A stretch of 45,304 nt of DNA from a virus (lineage: Duplodnaviria > Caudoviricetes): positions 1 to 45,304 of the IMG/VR virus record IMGVR_UViG_3300033145_000829. One strand, 5' to 3'. The notes under the pieces were generated by a model. That model was given only the letters and a program-made list of their open reading frames with translations. It did no database searches and was not told where the DNA came from. This document shows, in pieces, positions 26,484 to 36,300 of this stretch. A program made the position numbers and the translations under genes. Each line of letters opens with the position of its first letter. Position 1 is the stretch's first letter.

Positions 26484-27182
26484 ATGATATCCTTCCAGCC
26501 ATATGCCTCCTCCAGTGCAGGCAACCTTTATCGGGTGAGCAGCGAAATCTCTTCTCTCCTGATAGAGTGCGGCCTGCCAATTAAAAAGATCAGGCAGGCG
26601 CTTGATTTCAAGCTATCAGAAATTGACGCCTGCTTACTCACTCACGAGCATTTAGATCATGCCAAGAGTGCAAAAAAGATTATGCAGGCCGGTATTGATT
26701 TATATTGCAGTAAAGGAACGGCGGAGGCTTTGAAACTTGAAGGCCATAGACTCCGCATTATCGAGCCGTTGAAACAGTTTAAAATCGGGCCATGGACAAT
26801 CCTGCCATTCGATACGCAACATGATTGTGCCGAGCCTGTCGGATATCTGATTCAAAATGGGCCAGACAAACTTTTGTTTGCAACTGATACATATTATATC
26901 AAATATAGATTCCGCGGGCTTACCTACCTTGCTGTTGAATGCAATTACAGCCAGGAAACCATGGATCCGGATATCAATCCAGCGCAAGAACACCGGTTGA
27001 AAAAATCACATTTAAGTCTCGATTCGGTTAAAAAAATCATTAAAGCGAACGATACGACCAATCTGAGAGAAATCTTTTTATTGCACTTATCGGACGGGAA
27101 TTCCTCTGAAGAATATTTTAAGAACGAAATTCAGGGCCTTGCTGGGGTTCAGGTTACGGTGTGCCAAAAATGTGAATTATAA
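26484..27182 (+). CDS. Metallo-beta-lactamase fold exonuclease
   Basis: SSSAGNLY, THEHLDH, ATDT, ECNY, LHLS; the usual partner of RecT in phages. Confidence 0.88.
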   Translation: MISFQPYASSSAGNLYRVSSEISSLLIECGLPIKKIRQALDFKLSEIDACLLTHEHLDHAKSAKKIMQAGIDLYCSKGTAEALKLEGHRLRIIEPLKQFKIGPWTILPFDTQHDCAEPVGYLIQNGPDKLLFATDTYYIKYRFRGLTYLAVECNYSQETMDPDINPAQEHRLKKSHLSLDSVKKIIKANDTTNLREIFLLHLSDGNSSEEYFKNEIQGLAGVQVTVCQKCEL

Positions 27183-27331
27183 AATGTATTTTCAACGGAC
27201 GCTATAAGAAAAATACGATGCATCAAAAATCAGAACGGCTGGAAACACTACGGTCGGACAAAGAAAAATTGCTATACTTTGCTAAAGAAATTAATGAAGC
27301 CGTTGAAACACTTTAAACGAAAGGAAATAAA

Positions 27332-27568
27332 ATGAATCAATTTACGGTAGTCGTAAAATGTCAGAAATGCAAAAAAGCTGTTATACTGGAGCTCGATAGT
27401 ACCGAAATAGGCGAAAGATTCTTTGGAGTATTGCTTCGATTAACAAAGTACGCCCCCGTCGAGGGGCCAAACACAAATGCTTTTTACTGTCCTGAATGCC
27501 AGGCAGAGATAAAGGAATACCGGATACGTAAAAAGAATGACGAATCTGAATTTATGGCTGGGCAGTAA
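27332..27568 (+). CDS. Zinc-binding hypothetical protein
   Basis: CQKC...CPEC, with an AAGGA RBS. Confidence 0.65.
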   Translation: MNQFTVVVKCQKCKKAVILELDSTEIGERFFGVLLRLTKYAPVEGPNTNAFYCPECQAEIKEYRIRKKNDESEFMAGQ

Positions 27569-27741
27569 AACATGAAAAGTCAAATCCTAAGATACGAATT
27601 GTTTTATTATTCGATCGGAGACATGGCCCGGGATAACGATTATCAAATTTGGATGGAGCGAGTCGGCAAGGGGGATGAATGCCAGGTTATTATTGAGGAT
27701 GAGGTTGTTTTAAAATAAAAAATAAAGAGGAGGAGAAACCA

Positions 27742-28131
27742 ATGTATCCAAGAACAAAATACGAAATGACAGAGGCGGATTTAAAAGGATTAATAGACGC
27801 TTGCAAATCAACGCCCTGTATGATGATAGGTGGGTCAGTCGGCAGCTCACCGCAGGAAAACGCAAACAGAGCATGGAAAGCACTCGGTAAAAAGATGGGG
27901 TTTGATTCGATGACGGTTGAGCCGATCAACGGAAAGGGCACACGGTTTTTTACAGCGGTTCCGAGCGAAACTGAAGGGCAGAAAGAGGCCAGATTGAAAA
28001 AAGAAGCTGAAGAAAAGAGGTTAAGAGACATTGAAAAGATTGAGTCTTCTATTTCTGCCGACCAGAAAAAACTATCAAAGCTCAAAGCCGACTGCCCTGT
28101 CATAAATCTGGATCAGGGCAAAAGCGCCTGA
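27742..28131 (+). CDS. Hypothetical phage protein
   Basis: 129 aa with a GAGGAG RBS. Confidence 0.75.
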   Translation: MYPRTKYEMTEADLKGLIDACKSTPCMMIGGSVGSSPQENANRAWKALGKKMGFDSMTVEPINGKGTRFFTAVPSETEGQKEARLKKEAEEKRLRDIEKIESSISADQKKLSKLKADCPVINLDQGKSA

Positions 28132-28140
28132 TAATCAATG

Positions 28141-28236
28141 GTTATAAGGATAAGCATGTCAACATATTTATTAGAGTTAGGGCAATTGGCACCGGCGAGG
28201 CAAGAAGTTACATACGCACGCAGAACAGCTTTATGA
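28141..28236 (+). pseudogene. Truncated second copy of the MSTYLLELG cassette (26-aa ORF 28156-28236)
   Basis: 84-bp match to 17751-17668, starting at GTT. Confidence 0.75.
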
Positions 28237-28280
28237 TTATTTAATAACTCAGATATAATTCTACTTCAAATGTTTCTCCA

Positions 28281-28313
28281 GCGCTGACGGTATAATGTTT
28301 TTACCGTCAGCGC
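28281..28313. terminator. Hairpin between convergent transcription units
   Basis: Perfect 12-bp inverted repeat GCGCTGACGGTA/TACCGTCAGCGC. Confidence 0.65.
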
Positions 28314-28325
28314 CATAATCATGTG

Positions 28326-28745
28326 TCATCTTGTTAAATTATGTTTCTTTTCATACGTCCGTGTGGCAGCCATACCAAGCATCGCCAATAAAATAGTGAT
28401 TAATTCGCCAATATCCATCTCAAGTGGCTGTACTGTTTTATTGCACAATGCAAATACCCAGTATAATATCGGTATGATAACGTATTGGATTGATAATCCG
28501 GCCCCGCAAATCCATCCGATAAAGGGTCGCCAGCCAGCAATGAAAATTGATTTGTGTGCCGCCTCGATTTTATTTATTTCGATCTGCCATTTATCTGGCT
28601 CCTGCTGTATTTTCATAAGTAGTTGTTCGGCAGCTTTTTTTTCTTCCGGTGTTTCGACGAATCTATCAATTGCAGACGCCAAGCCGTTAGCGGTTTCCGA
28701 TATTGCCGATCCGGTAAGCTTCCCTAAAAAACTTGAAATACCCAT
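28326..28745 (-). CDS. Holin (3TM, GTA-holin-like family)
   Basis: EINKIEAAHKSIFIAGWRPFIGWICG..LLAMLGM..RTYEK; next to the endolysin. Confidence 0.85.
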   Translation of the reverse strand: MGISSFLGKLTGSAISETANGLASAIDRFVETPEEKKAAEQLLMKIQQEPDKWQIEINKIEAAHKSIFIAGWRPFIGWICGAGLSIQYVIIPILYWVFALCNKTVQPLEMDIGELITILLAMLGMAATRTYEKKHNLTR

Positions 28746-28748
28746 ATA

Positions 28749-29123
28749 TTACCTCTCAATCAATTCGTAATGAGGCCCATCAAAAAATCCTTTAAAATCT
28801 CCACCCCATTTTAGCTTAATATTTTGTGCAGCAGCAACTCCGAGTACAAAATTAGCAAATATATAAAAGCGCTCTATATCATCCCAATTAATCGGGTATG
28901 GTGCGACATCAATTGCAATTGAGGGAATTGTATTATGCTTGGAGTTTGGCCATTTTGCATGAGATTTTCCTGATTCATACGCTTGATTCTGAGCTGACTC
29001 GATTCTGTGCCCGCAAAGCACAGTACAATCACGATGTCGTATAACAGTTTCGAAAACATCGATTAATCGTTTATCGCACGTAAAAAGATTTGATTTTGAT
29101 GATTTGCTAAAATTAAAAGACAT
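28749..29123 (-). CDS. Endolysin, peptidase M15 (L-Ala-D-Glu type)
   Basis: SKHN..AIDVAP..WGGDF..DGPHYEL. Confidence 0.9.
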   Translation of the reverse strand: MSFNFSKSSKSNLFTCDKRLIDVFETVIRHRDCTVLCGHRIESAQNQAYESGKSHAKWPNSKHNTIPSIAIDVAPYPINWDDIERFYIFANFVLGVAAAQNIKLKWGGDFKGFFDGPHYELIER

Positions 29124-29223
29124 GTTTAAATCCCTATTAAAATTATCTCGTTATTCAACAACAAAACAACTTTCGACACATACCAAATATACTTGTTCGT
29201 GTTTTATCACATCATTTGAGGCG

Positions 29224-29631
29224 TTACCTTAATTTTATATCACCAGATCGCCTTGAAATCGCTCCGACAGCCGCCAGGTCAGCACGTAAATCTGAGATAT
29301 TTTTATTTATTACATCAAATTTATTATTTTCTTTACGCTCTTTGTCTAACTCCCGTTCGAGAGACTTTGTAATATATTTATTTAGTAGGTCTTTGTTTTC
29401 TTGCAATTCTCCGAATAACTTTTGAAATTTATTGCAGATATTGCTCTCAAATTTATCAAACGTTTCCCTTCTAAGATACTGAGTTTTCATTTTTTCAATA
29501 TCATCCGTTGTTTTTGTGAGTTTAGTTTCGTTTTGCTCTTGCGCTCGTTTCATCTTTCCGAACGCAAATACCCAAGCGCAAATCGTTACAATAACCGGAA
29601 GCGCTCTAATAAATATTTCTGTTGAAGTCAT
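29224..29631 (-). CDS. Membrane-anchored coiled-coil protein (lysis module)
   Basis: N-terminal TM helix and a GAGGTG RBS. Confidence 0.65.
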   Translation of the reverse strand: MTSTEIFIRALPVIVTICAWVFAFGKMKRAQEQNETKLTKTTDDIEKMKTQYLRRETFDKFESNICNKFQKLFGELQENKDLLNKYITKSLERELDKERKENNKFDVINKNISDLRADLAAVGAISRRSGDIKLR

Positions 29632-29676
29632 ATCACCTCATATTTCTGTCTTGAGATTTAGTGCCTGCTTATACCC

Positions 29677-29721
29677 CCCCGCTATCGCGCGGAAAAACAG
29701 ATTTCAGGGTACAGATTTCAG
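29677..29721 (-). promoter_or_regulatory. Putative DGR IMH and hairpin cis element
   Basis: Minus strand CTGAAATCTGT x2 followed by the GC-rich imperfect hairpin CCGCGC-GATA-GCGGGG, directly after the VR-like 3' end. Confidence 0.5.
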
Positions 29722-30725
29722 TGGACAAAAGCGAGCCGGAAGCCGACGTGCGAGTAGACGCTCGTGCGCGAGTTGTACAAGCTCAGCGCAAACACGCCGT
29801 CCCCGCCGCCGCTGAACCAGCGCCCGCCCCGGAACGGCATCCGCTCATCCGTAGCGTTGTGCCAGTAGCCACAAAAATCAAAATCGGCCGATCCGGTCGC
29901 ATCAGATGACGCTGGGATACTCAACCCTGTAAAGTCGTCACCAGTTTTCAGTGCGGTTATTTTGTTCTCGGACGTCATGCCGGTGGTGATATTTTCCCCG
30001 GTATTTTTCCAGGTAGCCTCCAGCATATCAAACGAATTTCCGGGCGCACCGCCCCCGCCGCCGTCGTTTGTGGCGATATAGGCAATGCCATCAACGATCT
30101 TCAGCCCGTCAACCCACTCCCAGACGTTACCGTTCATGTCGGCTATACCAAACGGGCTATGATCGTGATTCCATGCATCCGGCCCGGAGCCCGTGTACGT
30201 CCGTGCATCACCCGATATACCCTTAACGATTCCGCTTTGAGTCGGAACACCGCATTCATGGGGGTTGTCAACATCCTCTAAATAGTTATTGTTGCCATGC
30301 GGCCACGTACCGTTCTGGGCACACCAAGGGGCAATCGCACCCCATTCGGCATTTGTAGCCAAATGCCAGCCGTCGCCTTTTGCCGTGCACGCCGCTTTCG
30401 CCGCATCAAAGTTAATGCTGACTGCCGGGTCCTTGTACGGCAAACTGTATGCCCGATTACCGTATTTATAGCCGATATATTTCCCGATTTCAAAATATGG
30501 CACAATGCCCGACTCGCCGCGGCCATTACACCGGAACGCCGGGAGATAATTGTCAGGCGCACCCGAAGGGGCGGCCAGTCCGACATCGGCAAAATAAAAT
30601 TTCGGTATCCGCACCATCACGCTGGGCAGGTCAAGATCATCAAATTCAACTGTGTTTCGGCCACCGCTGAGCGCTTCGATTGTATGTTTGTAATTATCCC
30701 AAAAGCTCAAATCCATCAGACTCAT
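29718..30725 (-). CDS. FGE-sulfatase / C-type lectin fold receptor-binding protein (Mtd-like DGR target)
   Basis: GWHLATNAEW, DMNGNVWEWVDG, and C-terminal RGGRW...GVFALSL.NSR....VGFR. Confidence 0.85.
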   Translation of the reverse strand: MSLMDLSFWDNYKHTIEALSGGRNTVEFDDLDLPSVMVRIPKFYFADVGLAAPSGAPDNYLPAFRCNGRGESGIVPYFEIGKYIGYKYGNRAYSLPYKDPAVSINFDAAKAACTAKGDGWHLATNAEWGAIAPWCAQNGTWPHGNNNYLEDVDNPHECGVPTQSGIVKGISGDARTYTGSGPDAWNHDHSPFGIADMNGNVWEWVDGLKIVDGIAYIATNDGGGGGAPGNSFDMLEATWKNTGENITTGMTSENKITALKTGDDFTGLSIPASSDATGSADFDFCGYWHNATDERMPFRGGRWFSGGGDGVFALSLYNSRTSVYSHVGFRLAFVH

Positions 30726-30734
30726 ATATGACTC

Positions 30735-30992
30735 CTATATTTTTGCTACTTCATTTTTTAAACAAGTTGCTGTCTGCCGCCGTTCTGATTGGCTTAATCC
30801 ATGGGGTAGACCGTATTTATCCAATATTGGCACTGTGTTGAGCACCGCACGATAGCCACAGCCACGACACGATAAATAAATCCGTTCCGGCATATCTGAA
30901 TGTACTGGAATCGACACAACCCCTTTGCATTGTGGGCACCACAAAATTTCAGTTCCAAGATATAATTTTGATCTGCTGATAATAGTGACCAT
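30735..30992 (-). CDS. Zinc-ribbon hypothetical protein
   Basis: CPQC...CRGC; fills the gap between tail genes. Confidence 0.5.
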   Translation of the reverse strand: MVTIISRSKLYLGTEILWCPQCKGVVSIPVHSDMPERIYLSCRGCGYRAVLNTVPILDKYGLPHGLSQSERRQTATCLKNEVAKI

Positions 30993-30993
30993 A

Positions 30994-31287
30994 TTAAATT
31001 TCCTTCAAATCCCAGAGAATTACAGTCACGTCAGAATCATCCATATCTTTTTTTACAGATTGCGTTTCTTCCCCCTCCCCGACTGAATCATAGCTGATTG
31101 CGGGCAGGATTACCTCACATAGTAGCCACGTACCTACCATATCGAGAGCACCGCCATTATCATAAATCCGGGCCCTTATCTGATCGGGCATCTGAAATTG
31201 TGCGAGGTCAATTTCTCCGGAGTATCCATCAATTGTTAATATATTATTCAATATCGTTACGTTAGGTTTCATAATGTTAAGCTCCAT
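30994..31287 (-). CDS. Tail fibre-associated small protein
   Basis: Acidic ORF of about 92-97 aa between the tail fibre and the lectin-fold gene. Confidence 0.6.
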   Translation of the reverse strand: MELNIMKPNVTILNNILTIDGYSGEIDLAQFQMPDQIRARIYDNGGALDMVGTWLLCEVILPAISYDSVGEGEETQSVKKDMDDSDVTVILWDLKEI

Positions 31288-32855
31288 GTAAATGTTGTTG
31301 TAATATCACTCCCTGAATTTTTCACTACAAATGAATTTTCTGCTTTTGATTCAACGCTAATTTCTCCGATATAGCCGCTTGAAGTATCCGGCGTGATATC
31401 TACGTGATAGGATGTAGTTCCAACTGCAAGAGCTGTTATGTCTATCGTGTCGCCCGTTGTTGACGTGAAAGTTCCTGTGCCGAAAAGACCTTCTCTTGCA
31501 GCCCCAGCCACTTTTATCACTGGGATTCCATCATCATCCAGGCCTGTCATGGCTGTGATATCATCGTTTACGCCAGGAATAGTAATCATTGCAGCTCCAG
31601 CAGCCTCAACATTCGTAGCATCGGTCACGTCTGCCAATGCCTCTATACCATCGAATTTAGTCTTTTCATCAGCTGACAGATGCTTATAATCACCAACATT
31701 CAAATTTGCAAGATTATTATGATCAACTGCCTGGGCCGTTTCTAAAGTGGTTTTAAAAGCTGAAATAATTTCTTCAGTTGTTGTTTGTCCTTCACGAACA
31801 ATAACCTTGCCGATTAAGATACAGAACTTAGAGATAAAATCAGGCAGGTCGGTATAAAGTTTTTCGTTTTGATTGATACTTAGTGTAGATGAGTTCAGCC
31901 GGCCGTACACGAAATTAAGGTTTCCGTCGAAGGATACGAAACACCAAATATTGCCATATTTCCCAGCGCCTAATTCTCCGAGTGTACCATCCCCATCATC
32001 GTAATGAATATTTTCATATGTCGTTTCAGTTGATTGATTCCAACCTTCTGAGCCATCTCGATGCCAATACCGTACTAACCCGGCAACGTTCGTATTGATG
32101 GCATCAATCGCCTGCTTCTCATACAGTGCATAGTAATGTCCGGCTGTTAAACTTACTTTAAGAGCAGGAGTCCCAGTTGCGCCTAATTTCAAACCATCAG
32201 ATCGCTCAAAACCTCGCAGATCATATTCCCTTAATGCCTGTCTATGTGCAAGATCATAACGCCGTGACCCGACTTCTTGAATATTGATGGTTGTGCCTTC
32301 ACGATAAACTATCCCGATAAAAAACTGAGTAGTATAATTAATCGAATCAAAAGCCGTAGTGGCCTGAATTATCGGCGCCCCAGAGTTATAACATACACAA
32401 ATCCAATTAATACTTCCGTTATCTGTCAACGTTACATTAATGCCTGTATCCCATTTGAAAAATTTTGTTTCTGCTGTTGGCGAGTCAGCTGTTTTTATAA
32501 AACCCTCACCAGATTGAACCGTCACGCTCCCGTCTTCATTATCTGTGATAGCGCCACCCGAGATTAAACCAGATGACTGTGTTACGTTAAACCAGTCCTG
32601 AACAGATTCAAGGGATGGCGCGCCAAGCTTTAAAAAATTTATATTATCAGCGGTTAAATCTGAGGTTTTAGCATAGTTATCGCCGATCTGTTTTGCATCT
32701 GGGATCACATCAGCTGCACCCGATATCACCTCAGCATCCGATGCTTTTGAGCCAAAGCCTTCCTTTAGCGTAGCAGGTGAAACGGCTTTATTTGCCACTG
32801 TCCCGGCCTCCACCTCCGCGGACGATGCAAATTTGTCAAAATCTCTAAAGCCCAT
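31269..32855 (-). CDS. Tail fibre protein
   Basis: ASSAEVEAGT..KAVSPATL, EKTKFDGIEALADVTD and NDDITAMTGL fibre-type repeats, with a beta-rich C-terminus. Confidence 0.75.
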   Translation of the reverse strand: MGFRDFDKFASSAEVEAGTVANKAVSPATLKEGFGSKASDAEVISGAADVIPDAKQIGDNYAKTSDLTADNINFLKLGAPSLESVQDWFNVTQSSGLISGGAITDNEDGSVTVQSGEGFIKTADSPTAETKFFKWDTGINVTLTDNGSINWICVCYNSGAPIIQATTAFDSINYTTQFFIGIVYREGTTINIQEVGSRRYDLAHRQALREYDLRGFERSDGLKLGATGTPALKVSLTAGHYYALYEKQAIDAINTNVAGLVRYWHRDGSEGWNQSTETTYENIHYDDGDGTLGELGAGKYGNIWCFVSFDGNLNFVYGRLNSSTLSINQNEKLYTDLPDFISKFCILIGKVIVREGQTTTEEIISAFKTTLETAQAVDHNNLANLNVGDYKHLSADEKTKFDGIEALADVTDATNVEAAGAAMITIPGVNDDITAMTGLDDDGIPVIKVAGAAREGLFGTGTFTSTTGDTIDITALAVGTTSYHVDITPDTSSGYIGEISVESKAENSFVVKNSGSDITTTFTWSLTL

Positions 32856-32865
32856 AATATCCTCC

Positions 32866-33258
32866 TTAGTATGTCGCTAAAATTCCGGTTACAACGCAAT
32901 CGTTCAATCCGCCAGTTTCAGCTACCGACATTTTGTAATATCTTGCGAACTGGGGTTTAAACCCAATCATTACATTTCCGTCCGCCACTGGGCCACTGGT
33001 TTTGGTCAATGCCGTTGCAATTGGGGTATAAATTGTCCCTGAATAAGTATCCTCGGCAGCCAGGTAAGTTATACCATCGTTAGAGCAGACATAGCCAACA
33101 GCCAACGTGCCATCTCCGGTTATTACAAGCTGCGCTGAAAAATTTCCGTTTTCTCCTGAGACAGGGCTTTGGATATCAAACGCCTCTGAATACACCGTTG
33201 TCCCCGCTGGCACTGACTTAGCCGCAAAGACTGGCCGCAGTGTTAATGTCCTTGACAT
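32866..33258 (-). CDS. Virion structural protein (beta-sandwich)
   Basis: 130 aa with a GAGGA RBS, in the tail region. Confidence 0.6.
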   Translation of the reverse strand: MSRTLTLRPVFAAKSVPAGTTVYSEAFDIQSPVSGENGNFSAQLVITGDGTLAVGYVCSNDGITYLAAEDTYSGTIYTPIATALTKTSGPVADGNVMIGFKPQFARYYKMSVAETGGLNDCVVTGILATY

Positions 33259-33340
33259 AATTGGTTCCTCTCGTTATTCGGTTATCCGCTTTATGCGTCT
33301 AAGATTATATCGATTTATCTTTTGTGAAAGAGATTTTGCG

Positions 33341-36300
33341 TTATTTAAACCTTTCCCTTTCACGTTTAGGTGCCGTTAAGACTCTGCGCTGTGCAGAGCG
33401 GATTTGTTTTTTCGTATAAAGCGGAATGCCTTTGGCTGTGAGTCCGTTCTCTTTTATCCGCTGGTTGTAAGCTTTAATATCAGACTCAATGTCAATCCTG
33501 GCTACTTTGCTTCGTCTACCAAGATACCATTTTTTCAATCGGGCCGTGATGTCTCCCCGCATTTTCTGATAATGAATTTTAAGTTTGCGTTCCGACCACT
33601 GTTTTTCCCTGATTCCCGCCATTCGTGCCGGGTTAAACGAAAAGAATCTCAGCATGGCATCTAATCCGGTTGCCTTGAGCTGTTCATCACCGTAAAATAT
33701 AGGCGTTCCGGTTCGGGATGTAACGCCTTCTGTGGACTCTCTGACCGATTTAATTATAGAGCCGGCTGCGCTGGGTAGGACTTGCTCAAACCCCTTTGCG
33801 ATATTACCGCGAAAGAGATTTGAAACGCCCCGGCCGATATCACTGATCACTGATCCAGGAGCCCCAAATATATCTGCCGGCTTATCAATTGCAAAATCCC
33901 CGATTCCGATAGCCAGAGAACTTTTAATATTGATATCGGCTGCCCCCAGCAGGCCATAACGCCCGATTTGTTCCCCATAGCTACCCATATGCTCCTCTAA
34001 TTTAGCGTAAAATTCCTCCTCAGGATCATCACCCATACCGATTGCTTTTGCTACCAGCGCAAGGAGCGGAGTGGCAACTGAGGCCCCAGCCCCGGCCAGT
34101 ACCGCAGGAGACAAAAGCATCCACATTGCACCTTTAACATCCTTCTCGTTAAACCCTAAAGACACCATCGTGTTGATGTAATTAACGGAAAATGTTTTAA
34201 ACACCATAAAACATAGTGCTGCGTTTGCCGCAAGTCCGCCGCCTCTAACCCAATGCATCCGGTTGGCCTTGCCGTATTCGCCGTTGGCCTTGTCAGAGAC
34301 TTCCTTTGAAAGCTCAAGGGCTTCATCATGGCCCATTCGGCCCCTTACTGAAAGATAAGTGCCAGCAATCGAAGCAGCCCGGTTGATTTGCTCTGTAACG
34401 GAAAACATCAGCATACCCTTATCAATCAGTTTATTATACCCTCTGCCTGCTTTGGACTGCAATACGATCAGAGCTTCCCGGTCGTATTGCGCCACAAGCC
34501 AGCCTTTCTTGTCGATATCCTCAAATAGCCGTTTGATATCAGCGGGGAGCTTTTCTTTATCGCCCCATCGATAGGTGGAGTAAAGTTTGATAGCCCGTGT
34601 GATATTCGAAAACGCTTTTGTGATCGGCACTTTTGCGATTCCATGCATAGTGCCGACAAGGGCTGTTGGAAGCGCGGTTAGGTTTACCAATGGGGCCGCG
34701 ACCCGGAAGGCCAAATATTTCAACACCGCTGCCCCAGCCATAGTTCCCACGATCCGGTCCGTCTGCTCTTGGTTTCTTAACACGTCTTTCATGTAGGTGA
34801 GGCATTCATTGTGAGCGTTTTTCTGCCGAGTTGGATCAATCCTGCGCTCGTTGCAAAGATCTTTGTAATCGTTCCACTCTGCGCCCTCTCCAATTCGCTC
34901 CTTATATTCAGTCCATGTTTCCCATGTGCCAGTAAAATCCTTGACCAGGCTAATAGCTAAATCCCGTTTGGACTCACCCGCAGCAATACCACGGATATAC
35001 TTCCCGATAGCCTGCAAAGCGTCCGTCTCATAACCGATTACTACGTCTTTCCCGGTAGCCTCAGAACGCTGAATCATGTGGCTTCTTGCGCCACGGGCCT
35101 TAAAAATATTACTGATATTCCTTGCAATTTCGGTTTGAAACTCTGCAACAAAATCCGGGTTGATAGATTCCACTTCAAATATCCGCTGTGCAATTTTCTT
35201 TTCGATATCTCCATCAGCATTTTTAAATGTCCATTCGCTGTAACCAATCTTGCCGGCCGGGATATGCCGCTCAACATAGCGAACCTTGCCGCCGAATTCC
35301 CGAAAGATGTCTATATACCTCTCCCGGTAAGCAGATTCACCAGTCAGAACAAAGTTTCTATCTTCGCCCTTGTCTGTCCATTTGCCTTGAAGCCCCATAT
35401 CCTTAAAGGAAGTAATAGCATCCATACCAACGCCTTCAATCGCTTTGCTGATCATTTCGAAAAAGCCGAGCCTCTGACCGACCAAATCAAACACGGATTC
35501 TGGCATGGCCTCAGATTTTGCCCAAGTAACTTTATACCCTTTGGCTTCCAGCCGCCGGGTTTTAATCTGCATCGTTGAAGGCAGGTTTAACGACCGCTTT
35601 CCGATCTTCACTCCAGCGGGCACGTCAAAATGATGCCGTTCAGTATTAGCCCCTTTCTTGGTGGCTGTTAAAACATAAGCTCCGGATTTTCTCACACGCG
35701 GGAAATAATGTCCCCTTAAATCGCCCATCTGCGCAAGTGCCACGTTGAAGCCAACTCTCCGCTGTCCGGTTGTTTTGTCCTCCTCGATGACAGCCGGGAT
35801 ATCCAGCACCGAATCCCACGCCTCAGCCTCTGAATCAAAGCCGCCGCCTTGGAACTTGCCATCCACGGTATTATAGACTTGCCATTTCCCGTTAGCAGCC
35901 AGTTTTACGCCCAAGTGTTTTTCTCTGAGAGTCCCCTTGGCCTTGACGATCATCTCCCGCATGGGCCTCATCAAAGCTTCAAAGCCACGGTCAAGGATTT
36001 CGTTCTTTCCTGCATGAACCTTCATTGCATCTTCTGAAAAGCCTTCTGCCTGAAGATCCTCAAGCTCTTTTTGCCTACGGAATAAGTGAGCTTCGGCCTC
36101 GGTTTCATGCTCGGCAACCTGTTTTTTCTTTTGGTCGAATACGCGCCATTTACCTTTAGAATAACCAATGCGATAACCCCGGCCTTCCATATCGTCATCC
36201 ACCCATCGCTTGTTCAGCTTTTTAAACTCCTTGGGGTTAGACTTGGCGAGAACCTCCATGTCTCCAAAGTAGGAGCCGCCTTCTCCGTCTGAGAACATCT

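Noticed and set aside
28749-29700. DGR template repeat, avd or RT downstream of the lectin-fold gene
   Set aside because: The region holds lysis genes. I saw no second copy of the VR and no RT-like ORF in the window, though this was a search by eye.
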